NCBI GenBank assembly: GCA_049515895.1
Contig: JBEKTQ010000007.1
Span: forward strand, 32,001 to 96,000
Direction: 5' to 3'
Source of the DNA: Candidatus Bathyarchaeia archaeon
GTDB lineage: Archaea; Thermoproteota; Bathyarchaeia; Bathyarchaeales; Bathycorpusculaceae
Length of the DNA: 64,000 nt
The position numbers and the translations under genes are program-made. The notes under the pieces are model-generated. The model was not told the DNA's origin. It did no database searches and was given only the letters and a program-made list of their open reading frames with translations. Shown in pieces: positions 1 through 9,956 of the stretch. Each line of letters begins with the position of its first letter. Within the stretch, counting starts at the first letter, position 1.

Positions 1-18
1 CAAAGCAGGAAACATTTT

Positions 19-477
19 TTGAAAGAAACCTTAACCACAAATCAAGGAGCCAGGGTCTCGGACGATCAAAACTCCCTGAACATTAGCAACAATGGACCAG
101 TAATGCTTCAGGATGTCCACTTGATCGAAAAACTGGCACGCTTCAACTGAGAGCGCATCCCTGGACGAATCGTACACTCCAAAGGAGCAGGCGCAGGAGG
201 CTATTTCGAAGTAACCAGAGACGTAACCAGGTACACCAAAGCAAAGTTCCTGTCCGAAGTCGGCAAACGAACAGAAGTTTTCGCGAGATTTTCCAGTGTG
301 GGCGGAGAAAAAGGATCTGCCGATGCAGAGCTGGATCCCAGAGGATTTGCAATCAAATTCTACACAGAAGACGGCAACTGTGACCTCGTCGGAAACAACA
401 CGCCAGTGTTCTTTATCCGCACCCCCTTGAAGTTTCCAGACTTCAGCCACACGCAGAAACGCAGTCTCGTTTCGTAG
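19..477 (+). pseudogene. katE: Monofunctional heme catalase, N-terminal fragment with an in-frame stop
   Basis: Manual translation: [113 protein letters not shown] at 148-150 replaces the Arg of FNRERIP. Ends at TAG 475-477 after about 150 codons. Confidence 0.93.
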
Positions 478-492
478 CATTTGCCTCAAAAA

Positions 493-1614
493 TTAGTTCC
501 TGCAAATTTCTAGTATCTGCTTTATTGTCTGCACGAGCTTTTGGTTATCTTGCTTTGAACGCACTGTGATTCTGAAGTAGCTATCGTCCATGCCGACGAA
601 GGTACAGCAGTCTCGAATAAGCATGCGCTCCTTGGCCAACTCCTCTTTGAGTTTGGTTGAAGTGATTTTGCGGTTTTGTATCCTTACGAGCAAAAAGTTT
701 GTCACAGATGGGTAAACGTGTAAGCCTTCGATTCCGCTAAGGCTTTTGGCGAGCATCTCTCTTTCTTTAGCAATCGTTATCTTAGTATTCTCGATGAATT
801 CCTTGTCCGCAAATGCCGCAAGGGTGGCGCAGCTTGCAAGGCTATTAATGCTCCATGGCACCCTAACATTCTCAAGCTTTTCAACCACGTTTGGCGCTGC
901 TACGCCATAGCCTAGTCGTATGCCTGCCATGCCGTAAAATTTCGTGACCGATCTAATCACAAAAAGGTTCTCGTATTCTTTAACCATACCCGCCAGGGTG
1001 GTTTCTTGCCCTGTTTCGGCGAACTCGATATAGTTCTCGTCGATGCTGAAGATTACGTCTTTCTTGCGACAGAAGTCCACCAGATCCAACACGGATTCTT
1101 TGCTGTACAGAGTTCCCGATGGGCTATGTGGGTTGCAGATGCAGAGTATTTTAGTTTCGGGTGTGATTGCTTTTTTGATTTTTTCGTTTTCTAATGCAAA
1201 GTTCTCTGGTAATTGGAGAAACATTGCTTCGCCTCCTACGCGCAGCGCAGCCTTTTCATATTCACTAAATGAAGGCACCGGTATGAGCGCTTTAAACCCG
1301 CGCGGCAGAATCTCGGTGATGGCGTAGATAAGTTCGATTGAGCCGTTGCCTAAAATGATATTTTCTTCCTCAACTCCGTGCCCAATGTATTTGGCTATTT
1401 CTTTCTTGAACTCCAGTGGGTTAGGGTCAGGATAAAACTTGATTAACTTGGCGTATTGTTTGACAGCTTCGACGGCTTTTGGTGAGGGTCCGAGGAAGTT
1501 GATGGGTCCGCTGAACTCAAGGACTTCTTCAAGCGGCACATTGTATTTTCGGCTGAAACCCCAGATGTCTCCACCGTGACTGACGAACCTGCGTTCCCTA
1601 CATTGCCCCGACAG
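493..1614 (-). CDS. cobD: Threonine-phosphate decarboxylase CobD / HisC-like PLP enzyme
   Basis: GNGSIELI, CNPHSPSG, DENY, RSVTKFYGMAGIRLGY motifs. The frame stays open 25 codons upstream of 1539, includes HGGDIW, and reaches a CTG at 1614 behind GGAGG. Cobamide genes nearby favour CobD over HisC. Confidence 0.75.
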   Translation of the reverse strand: MSGQCRERRFVSHGGDIWGFSRKYNVPLEEVLEFSGPINFLGPSPKAVEAVKQYAKLIKFYPDPNPLEFKKEIAKYIGHGVEEENIILGNGSIELIYAITEILPRGFKALIPVPSFSEYEKAALRVGGEAMFLQLPENFALENEKIKKAITPETKILCICNPHSPSGTLYSKESVLDLVDFCRKKDVIFSIDENYIEFAETGQETTLAGMVKEYENLFVIRSVTKFYGMAGIRLGYGVAAPNVVEKLENVRVPWSINSLASCATLAAFADKEFIENTKITIAKEREMLAKSLSGIEGLHVYPSVTNFLLVRIQNRKITSTKLKEELAKERMLIRDCCTFVGMDDSYFRITVRSKQDNQKLVQTIKQILEICRN

Positions 1615-2152
1615 TGTTTTCTTCCTCCATCAACCTGACTATTTCTTTTTCAACTTGAATTTGAGCATTAAAGTGAGCGTTATACAAGTTGACAACCTTG
1701 TAAAGCCAGTAAATTCCGCCGACACCCAAAGTGACAATTGTAATCAAAACATAAGTTTTTATCGGTATCGTTTGCGGCATAAACATTCGTTCGGGAAAAG
1801 CAGCAGCAAGAAATGCGTCTTGATTCCGCTCGTGCACCAGCAAATCCTTGGACAACAAGTAAGTGATGACAAACGCCGGAACAACCAGAATGATGCTGGC
1901 CGCCCACGCCTTGGAGCTTCTCTGTGCTAAACCCTCGCTTAACGCTGGAGCTTGCTTGCCTTTGCTCTTCAGGAAATCGGCAACCTGCTTTTGGAGGTCT
2001 GCTTCACGGTTAAAATGCCTGTTCCTTCCCTCAACCAGGCGGTGAAACATTGGGAAAAACGCCACGCCGAAAGTTACGATTGCCGACAGGAACCACATGG
2101 AAAACCACATTTTCCTGTTTGCGTAGACTTTGCTTTGCAGTGCGGTTTCCAT
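1598..2152 (-). CDS. DUF4234-like membrane protein
   Basis: Repeated hydrophobic units (LSAIVTFGVAFFPMF; ITIVTLGVGGIYWLYK..N.H). ATG 2152 is the probable start. Confidence 0.65.
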   Translation of the reverse strand: METALQSKVYANRKMWFSMWFLSAIVTFGVAFFPMFHRLVEGRNRHFNREADLQKQVADFLKSKGKQAPALSEGLAQRSSKAWAASIILVVPAFVITYLLSKDLLVHERNQDAFLAAAFPERMFMPQTIPIKTYVLITIVTLGVGGIYWLYKVVNLYNAHFNAQIQVEKEIVRLMEEENTVGAM

Positions 2153-2248
2153 ATTGGGTAACTTTCCATTTGGCTGCTTACAAGCTTGGAGCACCCAAAC
2201 TTTATAAGTTCTTCCATTGGCATCTAAGAATAAATTGAGCGAGGGGAA

Positions 2249-2932
2249 ATGCTGCTTTCCATAATAATTCCCGTTTACAACGAGGAATTAACGATAGGCG
2301 ACATAATTGACCGCGTAAAAGCAGTTGCCCAACAAGTAGGATTAGAAACTGAACTGATTGTTGTGGATGACCATTCTTATGACCATTCACTTGAAGTCGC
2401 TAGCAAACGCGGGGTCAAGCTGTATTCTTTAAAACAGCATTCAGGGAAAGGTTTCGCTTTGCGTGCAGGTTTCGCTAAGACGAACGGCGACGTAATAGTC
2501 ACTATTGACTCTGACGGTTCGCATCGGCCCGAAGAGTTGCCCGAAGTTTTAGCGCCAATCCTGAAGGGTCACGCTGATTTGGTGATCGGTTCCAGGTACC
2601 TGAACCATAAGCATGTTGCTGCAAGGCGATTGAACGCTTTCGGCGTGCGACTATTCAACTACTCCATTCAGCTCCTAACAGGCGTTGCCATAACTGATTC
2701 TCAATCAGGCTACCGCGCGATGAAACAGGAAGTTTTGAAAAGCCAAAAGCTAAAGTCAGGCGAATATGAAATAGAATCGGAAATGCTTGTGAAAACAGCC
2801 AAGAAAGAATTCAGAATCGCCGAGGTGCCGATCAGTTTTGAGCAACGAACCTACGGCAGGTCAGGCGTGGACCCATTGTTTGACGGCTTCAAGATCTTTC
2901 TTTCGATATTCTCAGCTTATGTGAAGGGTTAA
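2249..2932 (+). CDS. GT2 glycosyltransferase, polyprenol-phosphate mannose synthase-like
   Basis: IIIPVYNEE, VDDHS.D, GKG.A, IDSDGSH, GSR, DSQSGYR motifs. Confidence 0.9.
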   Translation: MLLSIIIPVYNEELTIGDIIDRVKAVAQQVGLETELIVVDDHSYDHSLEVASKRGVKLYSLKQHSGKGFALRAGFAKTNGDVIVTIDSDGSHRPEELPEVLAPILKGHADLVIGSRYLNHKHVAARRLNAFGVRLFNYSIQLLTGVAITDSQSGYRAMKQEVLKSQKLKSGEYEIESEMLVKTAKKEFRIAEVPISFEQRTYGRSGVDPLFDGFKIFLSIFSAYVKG

Positions 2933-2937
2933 GCAGG

Positions 2938-3942
2938 TTGGCTGACAACGAGTTTCCCAAAGTTTCAATCATTGTCGCAGCCTACAACAACGAGCAAACA
3001 ATTGAGGAATGCCTCAAATCTATTTTGGCGCTTGATTACCCCTCAGGCTCAGTTGAAATCATAGTGATGGATGGCGCGTCAAAAGACGCTACAGTGAGAA
3101 AAGTGCAGCAGTATCCTGTTAAAGTGGTTTCAATCCGTTTAAACGCGCCTGCCGCCTACAATTACGCCATGAAAAACGTCGCAACAAACCAGATTTTAGG
3201 TTTCATTGACTCTGACGCGAAGGTTGACCGGCTGTGGCTTCGAAAAATGGTTCCCCGCCTATTGGAGCCGAAGGTTGCTGGGGTCAGCGGCAGCATCGAA
3301 ACCTGGAACGCCGAAAACCCGTGGGCAAAGTGCATCGGGTACGAACTCAAAAACCGCTACAACCGAATAGGCAAATACACAAGCCGCATCGCCACCATGA
3401 ACCTGCTTCTGAAAAAAGCAGTTATCGAGGAGGCCGGTGGATGGGATGAGGGCTTGCCCAGCCAGTACGACACAGACTTGGGCTTTCGATTAAGTGCTAA
3501 AGGCTACAGGATCGCTTACGAGCCCAGTGCAGTTTGCTTCCACTACCACAGGCCGACGCTGAAGGCTTACTACAGACAACAGTTGCAGTACGGAAAGAAC
3601 ACTTTAAAACTGTATTTTAAGCATGGCGACTTGGCGAAGGGTGATGAAATCACAGATTTCGGAATGAACGTCCAACCAGTGCTTCTTTTGACGGTCATCG
3701 TCTTTTTCTTCATCGGAATCATCCCCGCAGTCAGGCTTCTCTGGCTTGGCTCAGGCTTGATATTAGCCTCCATGCTGATCTACTTTGTTTACAGCGCCGC
3801 CAAGATTGCCGCTAAATTCCACAATCGGGCTGCTTTGCGGCTGGTTGTACTTTATTTTGTGAGGGCTCTGGCTTGGTTTGTTGGCGCATTGGTAACCACC
3901 CTTAACTTTCTGCGCGGCAAGGGGAGAAAAGCCCATGCGTAG
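2938..3942 (+). CDS. GT2 glycosyltransferase with C-terminal TM helices
   Basis: VSIIVAAYN, DGAS.D, FIDSD, GGWDE, QQLQYG motifs and a hydrophobic tail. Confidence 0.88.
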   Translation: MADNEFPKVSIIVAAYNNEQTIEECLKSILALDYPSGSVEIIVMDGASKDATVRKVQQYPVKVVSIRLNAPAAYNYAMKNVATNQILGFIDSDAKVDRLWLRKMVPRLLEPKVAGVSGSIETWNAENPWAKCIGYELKNRYNRIGKYTSRIATMNLLLKKAVIEEAGGWDEGLPSQYDTDLGFRLSAKGYRIAYEPSAVCFHYHRPTLKAYYRQQLQYGKNTLKLYFKHGDLAKGDEITDFGMNVQPVLLLTVIVFFFIGIIPAVRLLWLGSGLILASMLIYFVYSAAKIAAKFHNRAALRLVVLYFVRALAWFVGALVTTLNFLRGKGRKAHA

Positions 3943-5128
3943 CGTGTGCTTTATCTCGCCTGAGTATTGGCCTCTGTCGGGTGGAACTGGCGCCTACGTT
4001 TACTACTTATCCAACGAGCTCATGAAGAACGGCTACAGAATCTTCGTCGTTACGGGTTCCGACCAGCAGCTGGATATACAGGTAAACGAGCAGTTGAAAG
4101 TGTTTTTCCTAAAAATCCCCAAAACACCCATTGTCAAATCGTTCATACTTGCTGCCGACAGTTACCGTAAATTAAACAGCCAACGCGACCATATCAGGGT
4201 AGACGTTACCCATGCGAACTTGCCTCTGACGCCTAACTTTGCTGTGCCCCCCAACTTTGGAAAACGCCTGGTGTGCACGGTGCACTCTACGTGGAAAGGC
4301 GAAGCCCAAGCCATCCGTGGCGAACCCTACAGCCGACTCAACGCCAACGAGAAGTTCATGGTGAGTTTCAACTGGTTTCTGCGGATTTTTGAGGAGAAAA
4401 TGCTGGAACAGGCCGACAAAATCATCGCTGTAAGTCACTTCACAAAACGGGAACTGCTTGAATACTACAAAGTGCCGGCAAGCAAGATTAGAGTTATACA
4501 TAACGGCGTTGACACGCGCAAGTTCCAGCCCGCCATGGACAAAATCAAGATCAAGCAAGAGCTCGGGTTTAACTCAGATGACTTAGCCATACTATCCGTT
4601 GGCAGGCTCTACGCACGCAAAGGGTTATTCACGCTCATCGAAAGCATGCCAGCCGTTGTTAAGCAGTTCAAAAACGCGAAGTTCATAGTCTCAGGGAAGG
4701 GGCAAAGCGACGAGATGAATAAACTCATCGCCTACGCAGAGAAAGTCGGCGTAAAAGACAACTTGGTCTTTACGGGCTACTACCCCGACAAGAAACTGCC
4801 TAAACTCTACCAAGCCGCAGATGTGTTCGCCTTCTCAACTTTCTACGAGCACCATCCCTTCGCCGTTTTAGAAGCGCTTTCAACAGGTCTGCCAGTAGTG
4901 ACAACGCGGGTAGGCGGAATTCCTGAAACCATCGAAAATGGCAAAAACGGCTTCCTAGTCCAGCCGTTTAACCCAGCACAGTTCGCCGACAAGATACTTT
5001 ACCTGCTTGATCATCCAGCAAAGGCTCAGGAAATGGGGGTACTTGCCCGAAAAACAATCCTTGAACGTTTCGACTGGCGCATAGTCGTCAAAGACGCCAT
5101 TAAAGTCTACGACGAAACGCTAAGCTAA
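3935..5128 (+). CDS. GT4 glycosyltransferase
   Basis: GGTG, HNGVD, VGRL..RKG, E..PFAVLEALSTGLPVV motifs. Confidence 0.92.
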   Translation: MRSVCFISPEYWPLSGGTGAYVYYLSNELMKNGYRIFVVTGSDQQLDIQVNEQLKVFFLKIPKTPIVKSFILAADSYRKLNSQRDHIRVDVTHANLPLTPNFAVPPNFGKRLVCTVHSTWKGEAQAIRGEPYSRLNANEKFMVSFNWFLRIFEEKMLEQADKIIAVSHFTKRELLEYYKVPASKIRVIHNGVDTRKFQPAMDKIKIKQELGFNSDDLAILSVGRLYARKGLFTLIESMPAVVKQFKNAKFIVSGKGQSDEMNKLIAYAEKVGVKDNLVFTGYYPDKKLPKLYQAADVFAFSTFYEHHPFAVLEALSTGLPVVTTRVGGIPETIENGKNGFLVQPFNPAQFADKILYLLDHPAKAQEMGVLARKTILERFDWRIVVKDAIKVYDETLS

Positions 5129-6099
5129 GCGACTTGCATGGACTCACGCCTGTAAGCCATCGTAACCTTTTGGAACAGCTTAACCACATCCAGCGAGCAG
5201 AACAGCAGCTTAGTTAAGTATTCATGTTGATAAATCTCCATTTGAGCTTTCACAGGCAAATCAATTCTCGGCGGCTCAAACCTGCGCGTTACCTCGTTTA
5301 CCTGCACCCCCTGCACAATGATTGCGTTTTCTTTAAAGCCTACTTTTTTGGCAATGTAACCCAGGTACGTTTCTTCCCATTTTAGCTGCATGATTTTGGC
5401 GGCGGTTACATCGATGGATAGTGCGTCGTTGCTGCTAAGGATCAGGTTCATCTTGACCGGTTTGCCTTTTGTGGGTCCGTTGCCTTCAATTGCAATCCTC
5501 GCATCCATCACGGTCAGCTGAGGCTTCAAAACAGTGTACAGTCGGTAGAAGACTTCTGGCAGGTATGGGTGCAGGTAAATGCGCCTGTTGCTGGGGACGC
5601 AGCCGAACAGGTTTTTTATGGCGCCGCTGTACATGGCAAACTCATGCGTTTTCATTAGCGGCAAATCCACCACTGCGTCAGCCTCCAGAACTGTTTTTGG
5701 CAGAAACAACCACTTGAGCGAATTGCTGCTATCAGAAAATTTTACTTTGATGACTTTGTCTTCTGACAGGTTAATTACGCTGCCGCCCGCCTGCTTGACA
5801 GCTGCTTCTATCCCAGTTTTTTCGAACGCGGAGTTGCAAGGATAATTATACCCGTTGGATTCGCCGACAACAACTTCGCTGTTGCCGTCACGTAGCAATC
5901 CGACCAATTCGCCCAGCAACTGCGGGCATGTCACTACACCTGGCACGTACTGGGGATGGCTCATGTTGGGTTTCACATAAATCTTCTTTTTTCCACGTAG
6001 TCCCGAGTCTGCGATAGCTCGCCTCAAAATGTCGCTAATGTTGCCATCAGTTCGGAAGATATTAACTGTTTTTTGCGGTGGCTCAGGCGTCTTTGACAC
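5125..6099 (-). CDS. DUF362 family protein
   Basis: VKPN, V.T.P, LP.MKTH...SGAIKNLFG, EGNGP motifs. Confidence 0.85.
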   Translation of the reverse strand: MSKTPEPPQKTVNIFRTDGNISDILRRAIADSGLRGKKKIYVKPNMSHPQYVPGVVTCPQLLGELVGLLRDGNSEVVVGESNGYNYPCNSAFEKTGIEAAVKQAGGSVINLSEDKVIKVKFSDSSNSLKWLFLPKTVLEADAVVDLPLMKTHEFAMYSGAIKNLFGCVPSNRRIYLHPYLPEVFYRLYTVLKPQLTVMDARIAIEGNGPTKGKPVKMNLILSSNDALSIDVTAAKIMQLKWEETYLGYIAKKVGFKENAIIVQGVQVNEVTRRFEPPRIDLPVKAQMEIYQHEYLTKLLFCSLDVVKLFQKVTMAYRRESMQVA

Positions 6100-7567
6100 C
6101 TTCCGCTTGTTTTCCCATTATGCAGCCTGGGTCTGAATTCAACATGTCGCCGTTATGGTACGCTGCTGAACGTGCCCTACATCCTCCGCAAACGTATTTG
6201 TAGCTGCATTTTCCGCAAGCGCCTTTAAGGTTGCCCCTGTTCCTTAGGGCTTTGAAGAGGGGTGCGTTTAACCAGATGTCTTGGAACTTTTCAGTTTTCA
6301 GGTTGCCGACGTTCACAGGCAAAAAAACGCATGGATGAACATCTCCTTGAGGCGAAAGTGAACAGTACAATCTGCCCGCTCCGCAACCGCCGATGAAATC
6401 CGCCAGCGGCACTGCCTTCTTAGTCACTTTGACAGTTTGCATGTGCGCCATAGACATGGTTACTTCACCCGTGCCTTCTGGTCCCTGGCACTGAAGACCG
6501 ACGCGGGCTAGCTGCGGTGCGGTGGTGAGAATGGTTGTTTTGCATCCCTTGGACATTCTTGCCATTAGATACCGCATCAGTTTTTCGCGTTCTTCAGCCG
6601 TTAAGTCATCTTCATAATGGGCTTTGCCTCTGCCCGTTGGGATGAAGTTGAAGTAAGTGAACCGTTCAGCTCCAACTTCTTCGGCTAAATCGATTATTTT
6701 AGGAAATTCTTCGAAGTTGTTTTTGGTCGCCGTCGAAGCTATGCACACGCACAAGTCCGCTTCGACGCAATTTTTCAGCCCAGTCACCGCTCTGTCAAAC
6801 GCGCCAGCTACACCGCGGAAGGTATCATGCGTCTTCGCTGATGCCCCGTCAATACTGATGTCGAGGTAGTTGACTTTGGCTTGCTTTAGTTTCTGCACGT
6901 TTTCCTTGGTTAGCAGGGTGCCGTTCGTAGCTACCGACACATAGAGTCCACGGTCAGCCGCGTGCCGTGCAACTTCAAAAAAATCTTTCCGTGTCAGGGG
7001 TTCGCCTCCCGAAAAAGCCAGTGCTGTTACCCCAGCGTCTGCAAGCTGGTCAACCACCGCCTCGGCTTGCTCAGTTGTCAGTTCTTTATCGTTGACGGCG
7101 CCGCTGTTTGAATAGCAGTGCTTGCAGTTGAGGTTACATTTGTGGGTGAAGTCCCAAACAATCAAGAAAGGTGCGCAAAGGGAAATCGGCTTTTTGATCC
7201 CCATTTCGCCGAAGCTTCTAGTCAAATTCAAAACCGCGCGCCTTGCATACGGATCAGCAAGAAGCTTCTCAACTTTTTCACGCTTAATGTTGAGGCTTCG
7301 TCGCAGGAACTCAACCCAAAAACCGATAATCTGCGAGTAGAGGGCGCTGCATTTTGGGCAGTCACATTCACTTTTTCCCGCGTACGAATCCAAAGCTGCT
7401 TCAAGAACAGTTCTGCCGCAAGCGGAACATTTCCTAAGCGACAGCTTAAGCATACGCTTGGTCATCGGCAGTGTTATCACTGCATTCCAGAAGCTATCGT
7501 GGCTAAGTAGGCTCATCCGAGGCAGGTCTCCTAAAACAGGCATCAAATCAAGGGGAACCCGCATCAC
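6083..7567 (-). CDS. Radical SAM/SPASM protein, resembling the GMGT-synthase (Gms) family
   Basis: CNLNCKHC, SGGEP, TTAPQ, FIGGCGAGRLY, PCVFLP, C..C.Y...CGGCRAR..DPGC and an N-terminal Cys cluster. Radical SAM/SPASM is secure; the Gms assignment is tentative. Confidence 0.85.
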   Translation of the reverse strand: MMRVPLDLMPVLGDLPRMSLLSHDSFWNAVITLPMTKRMLKLSLRKCSACGRTVLEAALDSYAGKSECDCPKCSALYSQIIGFWVEFLRRSLNIKREKVEKLLADPYARRAVLNLTRSFGEMGIKKPISLCAPFLIVWDFTHKCNLNCKHCYSNSGAVNDKELTTEQAEAVVDQLADAGVTALAFSGGEPLTRKDFFEVARHAADRGLYVSVATNGTLLTKENVQKLKQAKVNYLDISIDGASAKTHDTFRGVAGAFDRAVTGLKNCVEADLCVCIASTATKNNFEEFPKIIDLAEEVGAERFTYFNFIPTGRGKAHYEDDLTAEEREKLMRYLMARMSKGCKTTILTTAPQLARVGLQCQGPEGTGEVTMSMAHMQTVKVTKKAVPLADFIGGCGAGRLYCSLSPQGDVHPCVFLPVNVGNLKTEKFQDIWLNAPLFKALRNRGNLKGACGKCSYKYVCGGCRARSAAYHNGDMLNSDPGCIMGKQAEGVKDA

Positions 7568-7820
7568 TTTTAAAGGTTACCGACAACCCCGTAGAGTTCT
7601 ACGACTACGCAATGAAGTGCAACGGATTAGCAGGGGAGACAAGAAACACAAGAATATACGCGTTAAAACCAATGTCAAGACTATGCAACCTACTTAACCC
7701 AATGGAAGTTAAAGAAGCACTTTATAACCGCAAATGACAAAAAAGCACTAAAAAGAATTGATACATATTGAGCGATGATGGATGCGGTGACTATAAAGGA
7801 TTCAAGAAATTAAAGTAGAA

Positions 7821-7846
7821 CTTAGTTCTATCCCTTAGTTCTATCC
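7821..7846. repeat. Exact 13-bp tandem duplication CTTAGTTCTATCC x2
   Basis: Read directly at 7821-7833 and 7834-7846. Confidence 0.9.
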
Positions 7847-7885
7847 ATCTTTTTAGGCAACTAATGAAATAAACCCATTGAAGAA

Positions 7886-7953
7886 TGCGGTCATGTGATG
7901 AACCTTCGGGTGACATATCCACCTGAATGGGGGTTCAAATCCCAGCTTCCGCA
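7886..7953 (+). ncRNA. Candidate structured RNA, copy 1 (kink-turn-like hairpin plus tRNA-like T-arm)
   Basis: TGCGG/CCGCA closing stem, GTGATGA-ACC-TTCG-GGT-GA-CAT, CTGA, GGG-TTCAAAT-CCC. Similar to 39295-39371. Confidence 0.55.
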
Positions 7954-7991
7954 AAAGGTTGACGACATCGGCGCGCGCTAGGATAAAAAAC

Positions 7992-9802
7992 ATGAAAAGA
8001 CTACAAGTCATAATACTCGCATTTCTAATCTCATTATTAATCTGTGCATTCGTGAGTATGCAAACAAAAGCTGCTACACCTACGCCTACCCCAAGACCTA
8101 CGGCAACCCCCAGACCTACGGCAACCCCAACGCCTAAACCAACGCCAACACCAACGCCAACTCCTAAACCAACGCCAACACCAACGCCAACTCCTAAACC
8201 AACGCCAACACCAACGCCAACTCCTAAACCAACGCCAACACCAACGCCAACTCCACTCCTAAACCAACGCCAACACCAACGCCAACTCCTACTCCTACTC
8301 CAACGCCAACTCCAACTCCAACGCCAACACCAACGCCAACTCCTACTCCTACTCCTACTCCAACGCCAACTCCTACTCCAACGCCAACGCCAACTCCAAC
8401 GCCAGCTCCTACTCCAACTCCAACGCCTACTCCAACTCCAACGCCAACTCCAACGCCAACTCCAACGCCAGCTCCTACTCCTACTCCAACGCCAACTCCA
8501 ACGCCAACTCCTACTCCTACTCCTACTCCAACGCCAACTCCTACTCCAACGCCAACGCCAACTCCAACGCCAGCTCCTACTCCTACTCCAACGCCTACTC
8601 CAACTCCTACTCCAACTCCAACGCCAACTCCAACGCCAGCTCCTACTCCAACTCCAACGCCTACTCCAACTCCAACGCCAACTCCTACTCCTACTCCAAC
8701 GCCAACTCCAACGCCAACTCCAACGCCAACTCCTACTCCTACTCCAACGCCAACTCCTACTCCAACGCCAACGCCAACTCCAACGCCAGCTCCTACTCCT
8801 ACTCCAACGCCTACTCCAACTCCTACTCCAACTCCAACACCAACTCCAACGCCAACTCCTACTCCTACTCCAACGCCAACTCCAACTCCTACTCCTACTC
8901 CAACGCCAACTCCAACGCCAACTCCTACTCCTACTCCAACGCCAACGCCTAAACCGACTTCAACTTCAACTCCAACTCCAACGCCTAAACCAACTCCAAC
9001 GCCAACTCCAACTCCTACTCCTACTCCAACGCCAACGCCTAAACCGACTTCAACTTCAACTCCAACTCCAACGCCTAAACCGACTTCAACTTCAACTCCA
9101 ACTCCAACGCCTAAACCGACTTCAACTTCAACTCCAACTCCAACGCCTAAACCAACTCCAACGCCAACTCCAACTCCTACTCCAACTCCTACTCCAACTC
9201 CAACGCCAACACCAACACCAACCCCAACTCAAACACCAACGCCGACGCCTGCACCGACGCCAACACCAACATTGATGCCCACTCCAACACCAACGCCAAC
9301 GCCAACACCAGCAAAAGCGTTACCGACTGCAACGCCTTCAGCACCACTTGTCAAGGCAACGACAGATGATGGGGTAATAGTTGACCTTGCAATCAGCGGA
9401 AACATAACCAGTTCACAGATGTCTGACGTTACCATCGCGACAAACCCTTCCGTCAAGACAACAACAATATCTTTCACCGTAACAGGCGAAAGCGGAACCA
9501 CTGGCTTCAGCAACCTAACCATCCCAATAAGTGCAGTATCTGATGGAACCACGCCAACAATCTACATTGACGGTCTGCACGCTTCAAACCAAGGCTTCAC
9601 ACAGGACGCCAACAACTACTGTATATGGTACACAACCAGTTTCAGCACACATCAAGTAACAATACAATTCGCAATACCACCGACGTCGAAAGCCGCATCA
9701 TTAGAACCTTCGCTCGCTGTGGGCATAACCGTCCCCGAAATCAGTTTAATCTTCACGGTAATAGCCGTCAGACGTTTGACACGAAAACCAGAAGACGCGT
9801 AA
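7992..9802 (+). pseudogene. Secreted Pro-Thr-repeat surface protein with a C-terminal anchor, broken by a 1-nt frameshift near 8255
   Basis: Signal peptide, then (PT)n. ACTCCA^CTCCT lacks one A. The shifted frame keeps encoding PT and joins ORF 9272..9802 (beta-rich domain, VPEI, hydrophobic segment, RR..RK). Confidence 0.8.
8072..9310 (+). repeat. About 1.2 kb of hexamer (CCN ACN) Pro-Thr coding repeat with higher-order duplications
   Basis: CCAACG, CCAACT, CCTACT and CCAACA units read directly. Confidence 0.95.
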
Positions 9803-9956
9803 GCGAGCGAAAACAACACACATATCAAGTCTAACACAAAGCCCTGTTTAACAACCAAATTTTGCGGTTCGCTCTGCTCGCTTCGCTCGCCACCGCTCAC
9901 ACCAACAAACCCAATTAGGAAAATAAAGAGAGAACATCAGAAAAATGCAGATAGCC

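Noticed and set aside
148-150. Selenocysteine recoding of the catalase TGA
   Set aside because: The position is a conserved Arg, not Cys, and the gene is truncated
31-489. 152-aa minus-strand ORF
   Set aside because: Antisense shadow of the catalase pseudogene
7886-7953. Canonical tRNA or standard C/D guide RNA
   Set aside because: No D or anticodon arm, only 4 acceptor pairs, and only about 21 nt between boxes C and D; kept as a novel motif instead
7959-9275. 438-aa Leu/Gln/Arg-repeat protein
   Set aside because: Out-of-frame reading of the Pro-Thr repeat after the slip near 8255
8072-9310. CRISPR array or telomere-like repeat
   Set aside because: No unique spacers; the variation is mostly synonymous for Pro/Thr
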